A DNA stretch of 64,000 nt, from the NCBI GenBank assembly GCA_963768055.1, contig CAVYGN010000001.1, forward strand, positions 576,001-640,000, written 5' to 3'. This DNA is from an uncultured Spirochaetota bacterium. GTDB taxonomy: Bacteria; Spirochaetota; Brevinematia; Brevinematales; JAOACQ01. The position numbers and the translations under genes were made by a program. Below the pieces are notes generated by a model, which worked only from the letters and a program-made list of their open reading frames with translations, searched no databases and was not told where the DNA came from. How positions within the stretch are numbered: the first letter of the stretch is position 1; each line of letters begins with the position of its first letter. Positions 48,564 through 59,184 of the stretch are shown here, piece after piece.

Positions 48564-51500
48564 ATGAGTGAAAGATTATTTACAGAATCTTTTTTTAAGA
48601 AAAATGATTATTTCAGAAAAGAAAGTAATTTAACTAATGATAAATTAAGAGAGATAAAAGAGATTGTAATAAATTGGCAAAAACGTTGCGAAAATTTTAA
48701 TTCAAAGACTGATCATGAAACAGCAGATGAAGATCAATTTATGAATGCTGTTTTTGAAAAAATTTTGGGTTATAATGGGAAAGCCTTGATTTATAATAAT
48801 TATAATTATACAAGTAATTTTACTATAGAGGGAAGTGGATCATCAGGTAAAAGTGGATTTGCAGATAGAGCTCTTGGTTATTTTGGGCAAGATAATCTTG
48901 TTGCTCAAGTTCTTATAGAATTCAAAGATCAGAAATCTAATGATTTGGACAAACCTTCATCCAGAAAAGATAAATTATCCCCTGTAAATCAATGTTGGAA
49001 TTACTTGAACTATTATCCTGAAGCTAAATGGGGCATAGTATCAAACTTTAATGAAATTCGTTTATATAATAAAGCTAGCGGTAAAAATAAATGCGAAATA
49101 TTTTATTTCATTCCACCTGATTTATTCCATAATCCTTTATCAGTTGATACTGAATTAATGAAATTCATAACTTTGTTAAGTAAAGATCATATATTAACAA
49201 ATTTTGGAAAATCTTTTACAGAAGATTTGCTTTTAAAGCAAGGTTCAGCTGAAGAAATGGTTCGGAAAGAATTTTATATTAAATATAAATACCTTAGAAA
49301 AGAAGTGTTTCAGGAAATACTATACATAAATAAACAATATGAAAGTGAAAAAAATAGGTTATTATTACTTGTTCAGAAATTTTTAGATCGTATCATATTT
49401 TGTTGGTTTTGTGAGGATTCACGAGAAAATTTATTACCTACAAATATTCTTTCAGAAGTTATATCAGAAGAAAGTAAAGGAAAATTTTATAAAAGAACAG
49501 AATTTACCACATGGGAAAAGGTCAAGGCTTTATTTAGAGCAATTGACAAAGGGGAAGGTTTCAATATTAAAGTTGGCTATAATGGGGGTTTATTTAAAGA
49601 AGATAAGGAATTGGATAATTTAAAAATTCGGAATCATATCTTTGATGATATTTCAGCGATTGGCAAACAATATGATTTTGGGAATGAAAATGAGTTAAAT
49701 GTAAACATATTGGGGCATATTTTTGAACAATCAATAACTGATCTTGAGGATATGCGCTCTACTTTTATGGTCATGGAAGAGGGTTTAAAAGAAAAAGAGG
49801 TTTCAAAAAGAAAAAAAGAAGGAGTATATTATACCCCAGAATATATAACTCATTATATTGTTGAAAATACTGTTGGAGCATGGTTGAAAGAAAAATACCA
49901 GGGTTGTGAAAAAAAGTATTCCAATAAATTCAAAAACAGGGAAGAATTGGTTAGGATTAATTATCGTGATAACTATTTAAAAAAAATTAAAATACTTGAT
50001 CCTGCTTGTGGTTCCGGAGCATTTCTTATAGCCTCTTTTAATTACCTATGGAACGAACACCTACGAATTTATAATGAATTAAAAAGTTTAAAGGAAGATA
50101 AAAAACTTCTTTTATTGGACTTAGATGAGGTTGACCGTAGTATTCTCGAAAATAATCTATATGGCGTTGACTTAAATTCAGAATCTGTTGAGATAACAAA
50201 ACTTTCTTTATGGTTAAAAACTGCTCATAGAGGGAAAAAACTGAACAATTTGGATAATACCATAAAATGTGGAAACTCTTTAATTGATGATCCTACTATT
50301 GCGGGAGAAAAAGCTTTTAATTGGGAAGAACACTTCTCAGAAATATTTTCAAATGGTGGTTTTGATGTTATTATTGGAAATCCTCCATATGTAGTATTAA
50401 GTTCATTTAAAAATAAAGAATTTTCCTATTTACAAAATAAATATTCAACTTCTTATGGGAGATTAAATACTTTTGCTCTTTTTTTGGAAAGGATTAGTAA
50501 AAACCTTATAAATAAAAACAATTATAAAATTGGGCTAATAATACCTGATTCACTCTGCTTAATTGATTATTACACCGATTTAAGAAAATTTCTATTAGAT
50601 TCTCATTCTTTAAAAACAATCATTGAACTTGGCGATGGAATATTTGACGATGCAGTTGTCCCTTCAATAATCATAATTATGAATAATAAAACAAAAAATA
50701 ATGTAATGAAAATTGGTTTTGGAAAAAGAGTTTTTGAGAAAAATATATATTCGGAAATTAATCAGGATTACTATTATCATACACCAAAATATTCTTATAA
50801 TTTACATGTTGATAAAATATCAATAAAACTTAATAATTTAATTGATAACAAAACTTTTTTTAAACTCAAAGATGTAATCCAAATAAAAATAGGTATATGC
50901 ACTGGTGCTAATGATAAACACATTTCTGATAATTCAATATTTCCTAATTCAAAAAAGTTGATTCAAGGCAAAGATATAAATAGATACTCTTTGATTTATG
51001 ATGGTAAATATGTAAATTATGACCGGAAAGCATTACTCCGAGCTAGAGATGAAAGTATTTTCATTCTTAAAGAAAAGCTTTTTATGCGACAAACTTCTGA
51101 TGAATTAATTTTATCATTTGATGATGAACAATATTATGCAATAGATTCATTATTCATTCTTTATCCAATCAGCCAAATTTTAAATTTAAAATATTGTTTA
51201 TGCTTATTAAATTCTAAATTATTGAATCGGCAATATCAGAAATTAAATCCTGAAGCAGGAAGAGTATTTGCGCAAGTTAAAATTGATTATGTTAATGAAT
51301 TAACTATTGCTGTACTACTACCAGAAGAACAAAAACCATTTATTGAAAAAGCTGATTGTATGCTTTACTTTAACAGAACTCATCATGATAAACAATCAAA
51401 ATTTCTTAATCGTTTGAAAGACAATTTTCATTCCATAAAAATAACAGAGAAACTTGAAGACTTCTATGATTCAGATTTCTCGGCTTTTCTCGATGAATTG

Positions 51501-51686
51501 AAAAAACAGAAAATTTATTTGGGATTGAAAGACCAAGATGAATGGGGAGATTATTTTAAGGGTTATCAAAAAGAACTTTTGAAATTGAAGGCGGAAATTG
51601 AAAAGACAGATTATGATATTGACCGAATGGTCTATGAACTTTATGGTCTGACGGATGAGGAAATTAAGGTGGTGGAGGGGGAATGA
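48564..51686 (+). CDS. Type IIG (Eco57I-like) fused restriction-modification enzyme, N6-adenine methyltransferase
   Basis: AD...IEFK nuclease motif; YYTP; DPACGSGAFL; GNPPY; TaqI_C-like TRD. Confidence 0.9.
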   Translation: MSERLFTESFFKKNDYFRKESNLTNDKLREIKEIVINWQKRCENFNSKTDHETADEDQFMNAVFEKILGYNGKALIYNNYNYTSNFTIEGSGSSGKSGFADRALGYFGQDNLVAQVLIEFKDQKSNDLDKPSSRKDKLSPVNQCWNYLNYYPEAKWGIVSNFNEIRLYNKASGKNKCEIFYFIPPDLFHNPLSVDTELMKFITLLSKDHILTNFGKSFTEDLLLKQGSAEEMVRKEFYIKYKYLRKEVFQEILYINKQYESEKNRLLLLVQKFLDRIIFCWFCEDSRENLLPTNILSEVISEESKGKFYKRTEFTTWEKVKALFRAIDKGEGFNIKVGYNGGLFKEDKELDNLKIRNHIFDDISAIGKQYDFGNENELNVNILGHIFEQSITDLEDMRSTFMVMEEGLKEKEVSKRKKEGVYYTPEYITHYIVENTVGAWLKEKYQGCEKKYSNKFKNREELVRINYRDNYLKKIKILDPACGSGAFLIASFNYLWNEHLRIYNELKSLKEDKKLLLLDLDEVDRSILENNLYGVDLNSESVEITKLSLWLKTAHRGKKLNNLDNTIKCGNSLIDDPTIAGEKAFNWEEHFSEIFSNGGFDVIIGNPPYVVLSSFKNKEFSYLQNKYSTSYGRLNTFALFLERISKNLINKNNYKIGLIIPDSLCLIDYYTDLRKFLLDSHSLKTIIELGDGIFDDAVVPSIIIIMNNKTKNNVMKIGFGKRVFEKNIYSEINQDYYYHTPKYSYNLHVDKISIKLNNLIDNKTFFKLKDVIQIKIGICTGANDKHISDNSIFPNSKKLIQGKDINRYSLIYDGKYVNYDRKALLRARDESIFILKEKLFMRQTSDELILSFDDEQYYAIDSLFILYPISQILNLKYCLCLLNSKLLNRQYQKLNPEAGRVFAQVKIDYVNELTIAVLLPEEQKPFIEKADCMLYFNRTHHDKQSKFLNRLKDNFHSIKITEKLEDFYDSDFSAFLDELKKQKIYLGLKDQDEWGDYFKGYQKELLKLKAEIEKTDYDIDRMVYELYGLTDEEIKVVEGE

Positions 51687-52870
51687 TTCCTAAAAATTTA
51701 GAAGAAATTCAAGAAAGTGATATTCAATACTTTGTTGATAATAATATAATTGAAAATAAAACATTAGAATATAAAGAAATAGTTAATCTAAATACAGTAG
51801 AAGAAAAAAATGAATTTCTGGCGGATGTGTCTTCTTTTTCAAATAGCTCAGGTGGAGACTTAATAATTGGAATTCAACAAAATAAACAAGAAGGAACTTT
51901 TATTATAAAGGGAATTGAGCTTAATAATAATGAAATTGATAATTTAATATTAAAAATGGAAAATATCATCAGGGATTCCTTGGAGCCAAGATTAAGCCCA
52001 ATCCCTAATATTAGACCAATCCAATTATCAAATTCAAAATATATTATCATTATTAGAATAAGGAGAAGCTGGAATAGTCCCCATAGAATAAAAACAAATA
52101 AACAATTTTTTTCGAGACATTCTTCAGGGAAGTATCAGCTTGATATTGGAGAAATTAAAAATGCTTTTTTATTAAACGAAACTTTATATGATAAAATTCG
52201 TAGATTTAGAGAAGAGAGGATTGCTTTTATTTTTTCAGATGAAAATGAATTTCAAATGAATTCTTTTGGGAAAATCTTATTACATATTATTCCTCTATCT
52301 TCATTCGAGTTAAATGATAATAATAATGATATAAACCTTTTTAAACAAAATGAAATCCGTCCTTTATCTGGTTTTGGATTTGGAATTAATTCCAAAATAA
52401 ATTTTAATGGTTATATGACATATTCTGCGCCAAAAAAAAACGATCTAAATATTTATTTCTGTAGTTATATTCAATTTTTTCAAAAAGGGATAATTGAAAT
52501 ATTTGATGAAGGAATTTTATTTCCCTTTAATAATGGTAAGTTGATTTATAAAAGTATTGAGCTTGAAAAGAGTATATTAGATATAATAAAATCAATTATT
52601 GAATTATTTAAAAATAAAAACATATTGTTTCCATTTTTATTATTTATGAATTTATTTAAAATTAAAGGATATATATTGCCATATGGAAATAATATAGATT
52701 ATTCTGAACCATTATCACTTAATTATTTATCTCTTGGCGAAATGTTTATAGAAGATTATTCATTTGATGTTTCAAAGAAATTAAAAATATGGTTTGACAA
52801 AATATGGAATGCTTTTGGATATCCACAATCTAATAATTTTAATCAAGAAGGTAATTGGATTAATAGATGA
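51683..52870 (+). CDS. Schlafen/AlbA_2 domain protein
   Basis: ENKTLEYK; DVSSFSNSSGGDLIIGI; PH. Confidence 0.85.
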   Translation: MIPKNLEEIQESDIQYFVDNNIIENKTLEYKEIVNLNTVEEKNEFLADVSSFSNSSGGDLIIGIQQNKQEGTFIIKGIELNNNEIDNLILKMENIIRDSLEPRLSPIPNIRPIQLSNSKYIIIIRIRRSWNSPHRIKTNKQFFSRHSSGKYQLDIGEIKNAFLLNETLYDKIRRFREERIAFIFSDENEFQMNSFGKILLHIIPLSSFELNDNNNDINLFKQNEIRPLSGFGFGINSKINFNGYMTYSAPKKNDLNIYFCSYIQFFQKGIIEIFDEGILFPFNNGKLIYKSIELEKSILDIIKSIIELFKNKNILFPFLLFMNLFKIKGYILPYGNNIDYSEPLSLNYLSLGEMFIEDYSFDVSKKLKIWFDKIWNAFGYPQSNNFNQEGNWINR

Positions 52871-52929
52871 ACCTGCTGAAGAGTTGTTGAAGCGGATTTT
52901 GGAGGAGAAGAGTGGTAGAATAATAAATT

Positions 52930-54270
52930 TTAGAAAACGAACTTTGTTAGTACATCAAACCATTTTTTTAAATGATCAAATGAATATGATACAATAGTAT
53001 CAGCAATTTTATAATTATTTTCTAAATCAATTAATATTTCAGATTTATCCGATTTCCTACAAAATTCATATTCATTGTTTTTATTGTTTAAATAATGTCT
53101 TCTACTTTTATCTAAGGCTTCTGATGTTGGATATAATTTATTGTTTTTAACACTGGTTTTAGTTAAACCAAATAAGCTAAAACTTTTATCAACAGGGTCA
53201 TTTATTATTTCTTTGCAAATTGAACAATTACATACATTTTTAAAATAATCTTCTGGCTTTTTATTCCATTTTTTTTCCAATAAAATATCCTCAGCATCTG
53301 GATGGTAATCAACTCTTTTATGAAAATTTGGGAAGTAATATTTTGCGGTTGGAACACCACCGCCAACAGGTATAACAGGTCTACTTTCACCATATTCAAT
53401 ACCATGGCCTACACCTGCTAAAAGTTTATATCCATTACTTGATAGAATTATAGATAAATAACTTCCATGCAATAATATTATTGGCTTTTTACATTCAGTC
53501 ATAGAATTTAAAAAATCAATGTATTTTATTAAATAGCTATTTGTTATAGTTTCTGATGATTCTTCTAAACTATCGATCCACAAAATAATGCCATCTGCAT
53601 TGCAATCTTTGTAGCCATTTTTTATTTTTTCAACAAACTTTTCATTAATTATTATATCTTTATGGATGACTAATTCTGCAAAAATCGGATTATCTTTATT
53701 TATTTCTTTTGCATACTTTATAAAAGTTATGTTTTGGTTTATTTCATTATCTAAATAATCAGGTTCTAATAAAAAGTAAGGTGGTATTAAAAAGGAAGGC
53801 TTTAGCTTTTCACCACTATAATCAAGGAAATCTTTATAAGTTGACTCTTGTACGGCATCATTCAATATATTTAATTCAAAGTTTAAAACATTTTTACAAA
53901 TTTCATAACTTATATTATTATTGAAATCATCTAGTATAATAGGCATTTTACCTGCTTTTTCTTTAATAATAGAACCGTATATTACAGCTAATTTTTCAAT
54001 TGATTTTTTTAATACCCATTTATCATTTTTATCTTTATAACTAATATGTCTAACATTTTGAGTAAAAGCATAGGTTTGAGGATCAATAAAGTAATCTTTT
54101 TTGGTTAATTGAGAAACAAAAGATGCGATACCGGCAGGAGCATGAGCTATAATATTACTATTAAATCCAATTAAATCAAAACAATTTTTGTAATCACCTA
54201 AGAAATATGGGTTCTCTTTGAAAGTGCCATAGAGCATAACATGGAGACAATCTCCATTTTTTATTTCCAT
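52930..54270 (-). CDS. Hypothetical TIM-barrel-like protein with TGT-type Zn motif
   Basis: FIDPQTY; GGG; CNCSIC...RH zinc-ligand pattern; family assignment inferred. Confidence 0.55.
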   Translation of the reverse strand: MEIKNGDCLHVMLYGTFKENPYFLGDYKNCFDLIGFNSNIIAHAPAGIASFVSQLTKKDYFIDPQTYAFTQNVRHISYKDKNDKWVLKKSIEKLAVIYGSIIKEKAGKMPIILDDFNNNISYEICKNVLNFELNILNDAVQESTYKDFLDYSGEKLKPSFLIPPYFLLEPDYLDNEINQNITFIKYAKEINKDNPIFAELVIHKDIIINEKFVEKIKNGYKDCNADGIILWIDSLEESSETITNSYLIKYIDFLNSMTECKKPIILLHGSYLSIILSSNGYKLLAGVGHGIEYGESRPVIPVGGGVPTAKYYFPNFHKRVDYHPDAEDILLEKKWNKKPEDYFKNVCNCSICKEIINDPVDKSFSLFGLTKTSVKNNKLYPTSEALDKSRRHYLNNKNNEYEFCRKSDKSEILIDLENNYKIADTIVSYSFDHLKKWFDVLTKFVF

Positions 54271-54677
54271 TACTTTACTCCTAATAGATACGTTTTTAAA
54301 TATTCATTATTAGGCAACCATTTGAATTGATTTTTTTTTGGCTCTAAATACTTTTTGATAATTTCAGCTTTTCGGTCATAACAAAATACTCCAATTCCAT
54401 AAGAATTAGCTTCCTTAATAACATTATCGATATTATCAATTAAGGGGATAAAAATATAACCAAAATCGAAAGCATTAATATTCGATTTAACTTGATAAAG
54501 TGCTCTTTTCCAATTTTTTAATTTAAATTCTATACCAATAATATTTTCTTTATCATCGAGAGCTACAAAATCGATAACACGATTAGACAAAGGAACTTGC
54601 CTCTCATATATTAAACCTATACTAATCAAAAATGGTATTGCTATTTCTTCTAAATGTTTTTCACTTTGAATAACCAT
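54270..54677 (-). CDS. Small PD-(D/E)xK nuclease-like protein (MmcB/sce7726-like)
   Basis: VIDFVA...GIEFKLKNWKRALYQ...GIGV. Confidence 0.7.
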   Translation of the reverse strand: MVIQSEKHLEEIAIPFLISIGLIYERQVPLSNRVIDFVALDDKENIIGIEFKLKNWKRALYQVKSNINAFDFGYIFIPLIDNIDNVIKEANSYGIGVFCYDRKAEIIKKYLEPKKNQFKWLPNNEYLKTYLLGVK

Positions 54678-55176
54678 ATTCTCTCTCAATATCATCTATT
54701 TTATTGTTAATAATAACAGAATCTATTAAATAATAGATTAGTAAAATTGATATAATAATAATATTAATAATATTTAAAAATTCAGGAATATTAAGTTTTG
54801 TTAAGTAATAAATAATAAGTAAAACTAAAAAAACTGAGAATGTTAATATGAAAATAATTCTGAACATTTTAATTCTAAACAATGCACGATTAAGACAATA
54901 TTTCTTTTCAATTATTTTTTCGCAAATTTTATAAAAATCCATGTAATCATAATCAAAGGGTTTGAAATTACTTGATAGGTCAATATTTAGTTGTAATATT
55001 TCTGATGAACAATGATGAGTAAGAGCATTGATAAAATTTTTAAATTTTTCTACTAGAATTGAATTAAGAGAATCATAATTTCTAATAATATGTGAGCTTT
55101 TATTTCTCGAACTTATTTCTAAGATAAGACCAACAAGTGCTAATATTGATGGTAAAACCTTAATAATAATATTCAT
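54661..55176 (-). CDS. Hypothetical membrane protein
   Basis: N-terminal and two C-terminal hydrophobic segments; overlaps the next gene. Confidence 0.6.
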   Translation of the reverse strand: MNIIIKVLPSILALVGLILEISSRNKSSHIIRNYDSLNSILVEKFKNFINALTHHCSSEILQLNIDLSSNFKPFDYDYMDFYKICEKIIEKKYCLNRALFRIKMFRIIFILTFSVFLVLLIIYYLTKLNIPEFLNIINIIIISILLIYYLIDSVIINNKIDDIEREYGYSK

Positions 55177-55182
55177 AGTACC

Positions 55183-55779
55183 TTAATATTGATGATTTAA
55201 AATTTTATCTTTGATTTTTGATTTTTCCGCATAATTACCATATTTCATGTATATATATCTAATTATAGATACAAGACTAGACTCATTAATATTATTTTTG
55301 AATTTTTTTAAAACATCTTTTTGATAATTAGAAAGAATGGGAATAATTTTATCTTCAACAAATTTAATGCCTTTTGAAGTCAATGAAAATGCTTCTTCAT
55401 TCTGATCAATTAATAAATCATCTTTATCAACTTCTAAATATACACTATCAGCCCAATTTTCTAGTTCTTCTACTTCAAAATCAACCATACTGTCAGCTAA
55501 AAATGTACTCTTTATAAAACCATTATTTATAAAAAATTCAATATCGTTATAAATTTCCTTTGAAAAAGGTCCATAATGCCAAGGATAAAATTCTTGAAAA
55601 TTTTCAATTTCAACTTCTGTATTTGAAAGAAAAGATTTCTTAACCTCTTCATTAAATAAAAACATCATTTTTATTAATCTGGTTCGTCCTTTAATCGGTT
55701 CATTTATATTATTTTCAATTCCAGGTGAATATAAAAGCAATAATAGTATATGTTTTCCTGAGAATCTTATCTTATTCAT
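55183..55779 (-). CDS. YwgA/SocA-like winged-helix protein
   Basis: GRTRLIKMMFL; F.P..YGPFSKEIYND; LT.KG. Confidence 0.7.
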   Translation of the reverse strand: MNKIRFSGKHILLLLLYSPGIENNINEPIKGRTRLIKMMFLFNEEVKKSFLSNTEVEIENFQEFYPWHYGPFSKEIYNDIEFFINNGFIKSTFLADSMVDFEVEELENWADSVYLEVDKDDLLIDQNEEAFSLTSKGIKFVEDKIIPILSNYQKDVLKKFKNNINESSLVSIIRYIYMKYGNYAEKSKIKDKILNHQY

Positions 55780-55888
55780 TCCCCCCTCCAATTATTTTAA
55801 TATATTCATTATACCACTCTACCCTTCACTTGTCCATCTCTTTTTCGTATCCCTCCTTCCAACTCGGTATCATCCTCCAAACAAAATT

Positions 55889-57106
55889 ATGGAGGATATC
55901 TATATGCTCTATCAAATTAACAGCATACCAAACAACAACAAGAAACTGCTTGACCAGTTCTGTATTGAGAATTTCGTTCTACTACGGCATAAGGGCATAG
56001 TAAAAGTATTATTTATCGATGTTGTTGAAGACCTCAATAATTCAATAATCATTGACACTATTGAAGAGATTGGGGGCAAATGTCTAAGCCACATTGCAAT
56101 GCCAATAAACATTTCGAGGGGGCTGTATTCCACAATCATTAAATGGAAGCCCCGATTAATTCATCATCCGAACAAGCCATATTTCTCATACTTGGCATAT
56201 AACCGGTCAAGATATGGCACCGCGGCGATTTATTTTCCCAATTCAAACACCCTTTACACAGCCAATCTGATTGAAAGTGAGGAGGGCAAAGACCTGCTCA
56301 AAAGAATCATTGAGCATATGCCTGACAGGAAGTTGGAGGATATCAATGTCCAAATAGGGGTTAATGTTGAATTCGATTGCTTAGGGGTCAAAGGCAAAGT
56401 TATCTATCCCTATGATTCGCTTCAAGAGCATCTGAAAGAAATTCCTGTCCACGATAAAGATGATTATGATGAGTTCCTGGGAGCCAAATTTATGGATTAC
56501 CCCTATACGGCAAATTATCTTGAAATCGGGCTTGATAATAATTTTGAACACCTGGTTTTCAGACCCGAGCATTCGGATAGTGTGGATACCTTGATTGAGC
56601 GATTGAGGAAGTTGATCCTTTTCTGCCGGGATATTCTTCATTGCGGGCTGGCAATAAATGAAGCCTATTCTATCCATATACAGTTTCACCTGGGCTTTCA
56701 ATATGAGCCGGATGATGAACTGCTTAATCTGCTCGATTATTTCATTGGAAAAGGGGTCAGCAAGGCATTAGGTGAATCATCTTATGATTATACAGGTTAT
56801 GGCTTTGAAATAATAATCCCTTCAACTCTGATTGATATTAAGCCTGAATATCTCAAGCTCTTTCTCAAGTCCGCCAAACATATCGTTCAAAACTATCTCA
56901 ATGCAAAAGCCTTCGCTGTCAATGAATATCGGACCAATGAGCCAACAAAAGCTGAATACTTCCAGTATTGTGGCATTTCTGAGGAAGATTGGGAACTTAT
57001 GAATAAATTCAGTGAAATGGAAGTTCCAAAGGGCAATATCATTGAAAACTGGATTCCTAAAGAATCTGATAAAAAGGAGGTTAAGAAAAATGAAAAGGAG
57101 GAATAA
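55889..57106 (+). CDS. Divergent phiEco32-like COOH-NH2 ligase (amidoligase) domain protein
   Basis: IGVNVEF, IGLD, FRP, HIQFHLG and GFEI appear in the order of the GxDxEF / ExRP / HxHxG / GxEYR family motifs. Confidence 0.45.
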   Translation: MEDIYMLYQINSIPNNNKKLLDQFCIENFVLLRHKGIVKVLFIDVVEDLNNSIIIDTIEEIGGKCLSHIAMPINISRGLYSTIIKWKPRLIHHPNKPYFSYLAYNRSRYGTAAIYFPNSNTLYTANLIESEEGKDLLKRIIEHMPDRKLEDINVQIGVNVEFDCLGVKGKVIYPYDSLQEHLKEIPVHDKDDYDEFLGAKFMDYPYTANYLEIGLDNNFEHLVFRPEHSDSVDTLIERLRKLILFCRDILHCGLAINEAYSIHIQFHLGFQYEPDDELLNLLDYFIGKGVSKALGESSYDYTGYGFEIIIPSTLIDIKPEYLKLFLKSAKHIVQNYLNAKAFAVNEYRTNEPTKAEYFQYCGISEEDWELMNKFSEMEVPKGNIIENWIPKESDKKEVKKNEKEE

Positions 57107-57110
57107 GCCA

Positions 57111-57497
57111 ATGAGCAAAATGACTATCCAGACAATCTATGAGGCACTGGATCTACTGCTGAAAAATGAAGGAGGCATTGAAAGTTTTATGGCAAGTGAA
57201 AAGCGGATTATCGGCTTTGACAATGGTACGGATACAAAGCTTACCATTAAAAAAATCAGCAATACTGAGCTTTCACTTTTACAAGGAGGAAACGGTAAAA
57301 TTCTGGAAATGACTGTAAAACTCTATCCAGGGGTGCATATGGTGGAAGTATTGAGCTTTATGGAAAAAATAAACCGTGATGCACCTACAAACTTTTCTCA
57401 TTTTCAGATCCATTGCCAGCTGAATGACTTTTTGTCTCTGTGGCTGAAAGAGCTTAAGCAAGAAGGATATTTTAAAGAAGAAGGAGGTTCGATATGA
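57111..57497 (+). CDS. DUF1249/DUF6908-like protein
   Basis: EMTVKLY..VEVLSF..LNDFLSLWL..L..EGY. Confidence 0.55.
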   Translation: MSKMTIQTIYEALDLLLKNEGGIESFMASEKRIIGFDNGTDTKLTIKKISNTELSLLQGGNGKILEMTVKLYPGVHMVEVLSFMEKINRDAPTNFSHFQIHCQLNDFLSLWLKELKQEGYFKEEGGSI

Positions 57498-59136
57498 ACA
57501 AGGCATTACAAACAATTATCACCAATGGACAGACGCAAGTCAACAAGACAATGGAGGGCATATTTCAAGAATTTAAGTTGAGGCAGGACATTTTAGCCAA
57601 GTCAGACAAGATTGCCTTCTCATTTGGAGATGAAAACAAGCTGAAGCTTTATGTCGCCGGCAGAAAACTTTCCCTTACTGATTGGAGTCTCGGGCAGATG
57701 CTCAATAAGGCAAGTTTACCGGCTAATTATTATGCTTCAATGCTCAAAGCGAATCAAAACCAGCTTGCTTTAACAAATCTAAGGGTAATGATACACACCC
57801 TGCAGGATTCAATTCTCATAAGGGAAGTGGGAGACACAGCTAAAGGGATTCTGAGCGCCCAATACAAAAGGATGGATGCCTCACCTATGTTTGAAACATT
57901 CATTGAGGCTATGCTGAAAAACGGCTATTTTCCTTATAAGGCATTCAATACTGATTCTCAATATCAGGTCAGATTTCTTTCACCTGACATCATAAGGATC
58001 GGCAGTGATGAAATTCTCATAGGCTTTTCAATTTCAACATCAGATTATGGAGCAAGAAGTTTTGCTATAGAAGTCTTTGTAATTCGCCTTATCTGCCAGA
58101 ACGGGCTCATAGGGATGGATATCATGCGGAGAAAGCACATAGGCAGGAGGGCAGAGCTTGATGATGAGGATTATTCAATTTACAGCAACCGGACTTTGTT
58201 GCTTGAAAACAAGTCCTTCCAGTCCAAGATCAAAGACATCATCCGGAATGATAATACCGTGAAGCTCATAAGCGACAAAATCAAAGATTCTCAGAACCGG
58301 GAAATAAGGGACACCAAAACCTTTCTTGAATCGATAAAGGAGCTTACAAAAGATCAAAAAGTAAAAGTTGAGGTGCTTTTCGATACGGATACGGTAATGA
58401 GGTATATAGTTTGTTGTTAGGATATATTGAGGGAGGATTATATGTTGTAGGATTAATTTTCATAAGGGAGGTGGGAGACATAGCTAAAGGGATTTAAGTG
58501 CTTAATACGAAAGGATGGATGTAGACCAGGGAAAGTTTTTGTGAGGAGATGCTGAGGAAGGTTATTTCCTTAAGGGAATTAAGTCAGATATTAATTTCAG
58601 ATCAGATTTTAAAATAAGATATAAATAGATAGGTAGAGAAGAAATTCTATAGGTTTTTCAATTAGAACATCAGATTATGGAGCAGAGTTTTGCTATAGAA
58701 GTTTTGTAAGTTAATCTGCAGAATGGGCTATGGGGATGGATATATGAGGAGAAAACGCATAGGGAGGAGGGCAGAGCTTGATGATGAGGATTATTCAATA
58801 TATAGAGATAAAACACTTGCTTGAAAACAAGTCCTTCCAGTCCAAGATCAAAGACATCATCGGAATGATAATACTGTGAAGCTCATAAGCGACAAAATCA
58901 AAGATTCTCAGAACGGGAAATAAGGGACACAAAACCTTTCTTGAATCGATAAAGGAACTAAAAAGATAAAAAGTAAAAGTTGAGGGCTTTCGATAGGATA
59001 TGACACTAAGCTTCTCCCATCTGGAAAATCGATCTGGAGAATGGCTAATGTCATCAGCCTTCTTTCAAAATCTGAAAAGAATCAGGACAAAGCCATTAAT
59101 CTTGAAAGTCTTGCCATGGATCTTATTCAAAGATAA
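57494..59136 (+). CDS. DUF932-like protein interrupted by a degenerate tandem duplication
   Basis: RLICQNG motif; frame intact to ~58392; probable true C-terminus DTKLLPSGKSIWRMAN...IQR* at 59002-59136. Confidence 0.65.
58446..59000 (+). repeat. Degenerate tandem copy of 57801-58392
   Basis: Long shared blocks (e.g. GGCAGAGCTTGATGATGAGGATTATTCAAT) with many C deletions and C>T changes. Confidence 0.9.
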
Positions 59137-59184
59137 TTCAAAAGAAAAATATCAAGACACATTCCATAAAAGGAGGTAATATTT

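Noticed and set aside
57801..59000. Diversity-generating retroelement TR/VR pair
   Set aside because: Differences are at C with many indels rather than A-specific substitutions; no reverse transcriptase in the window.
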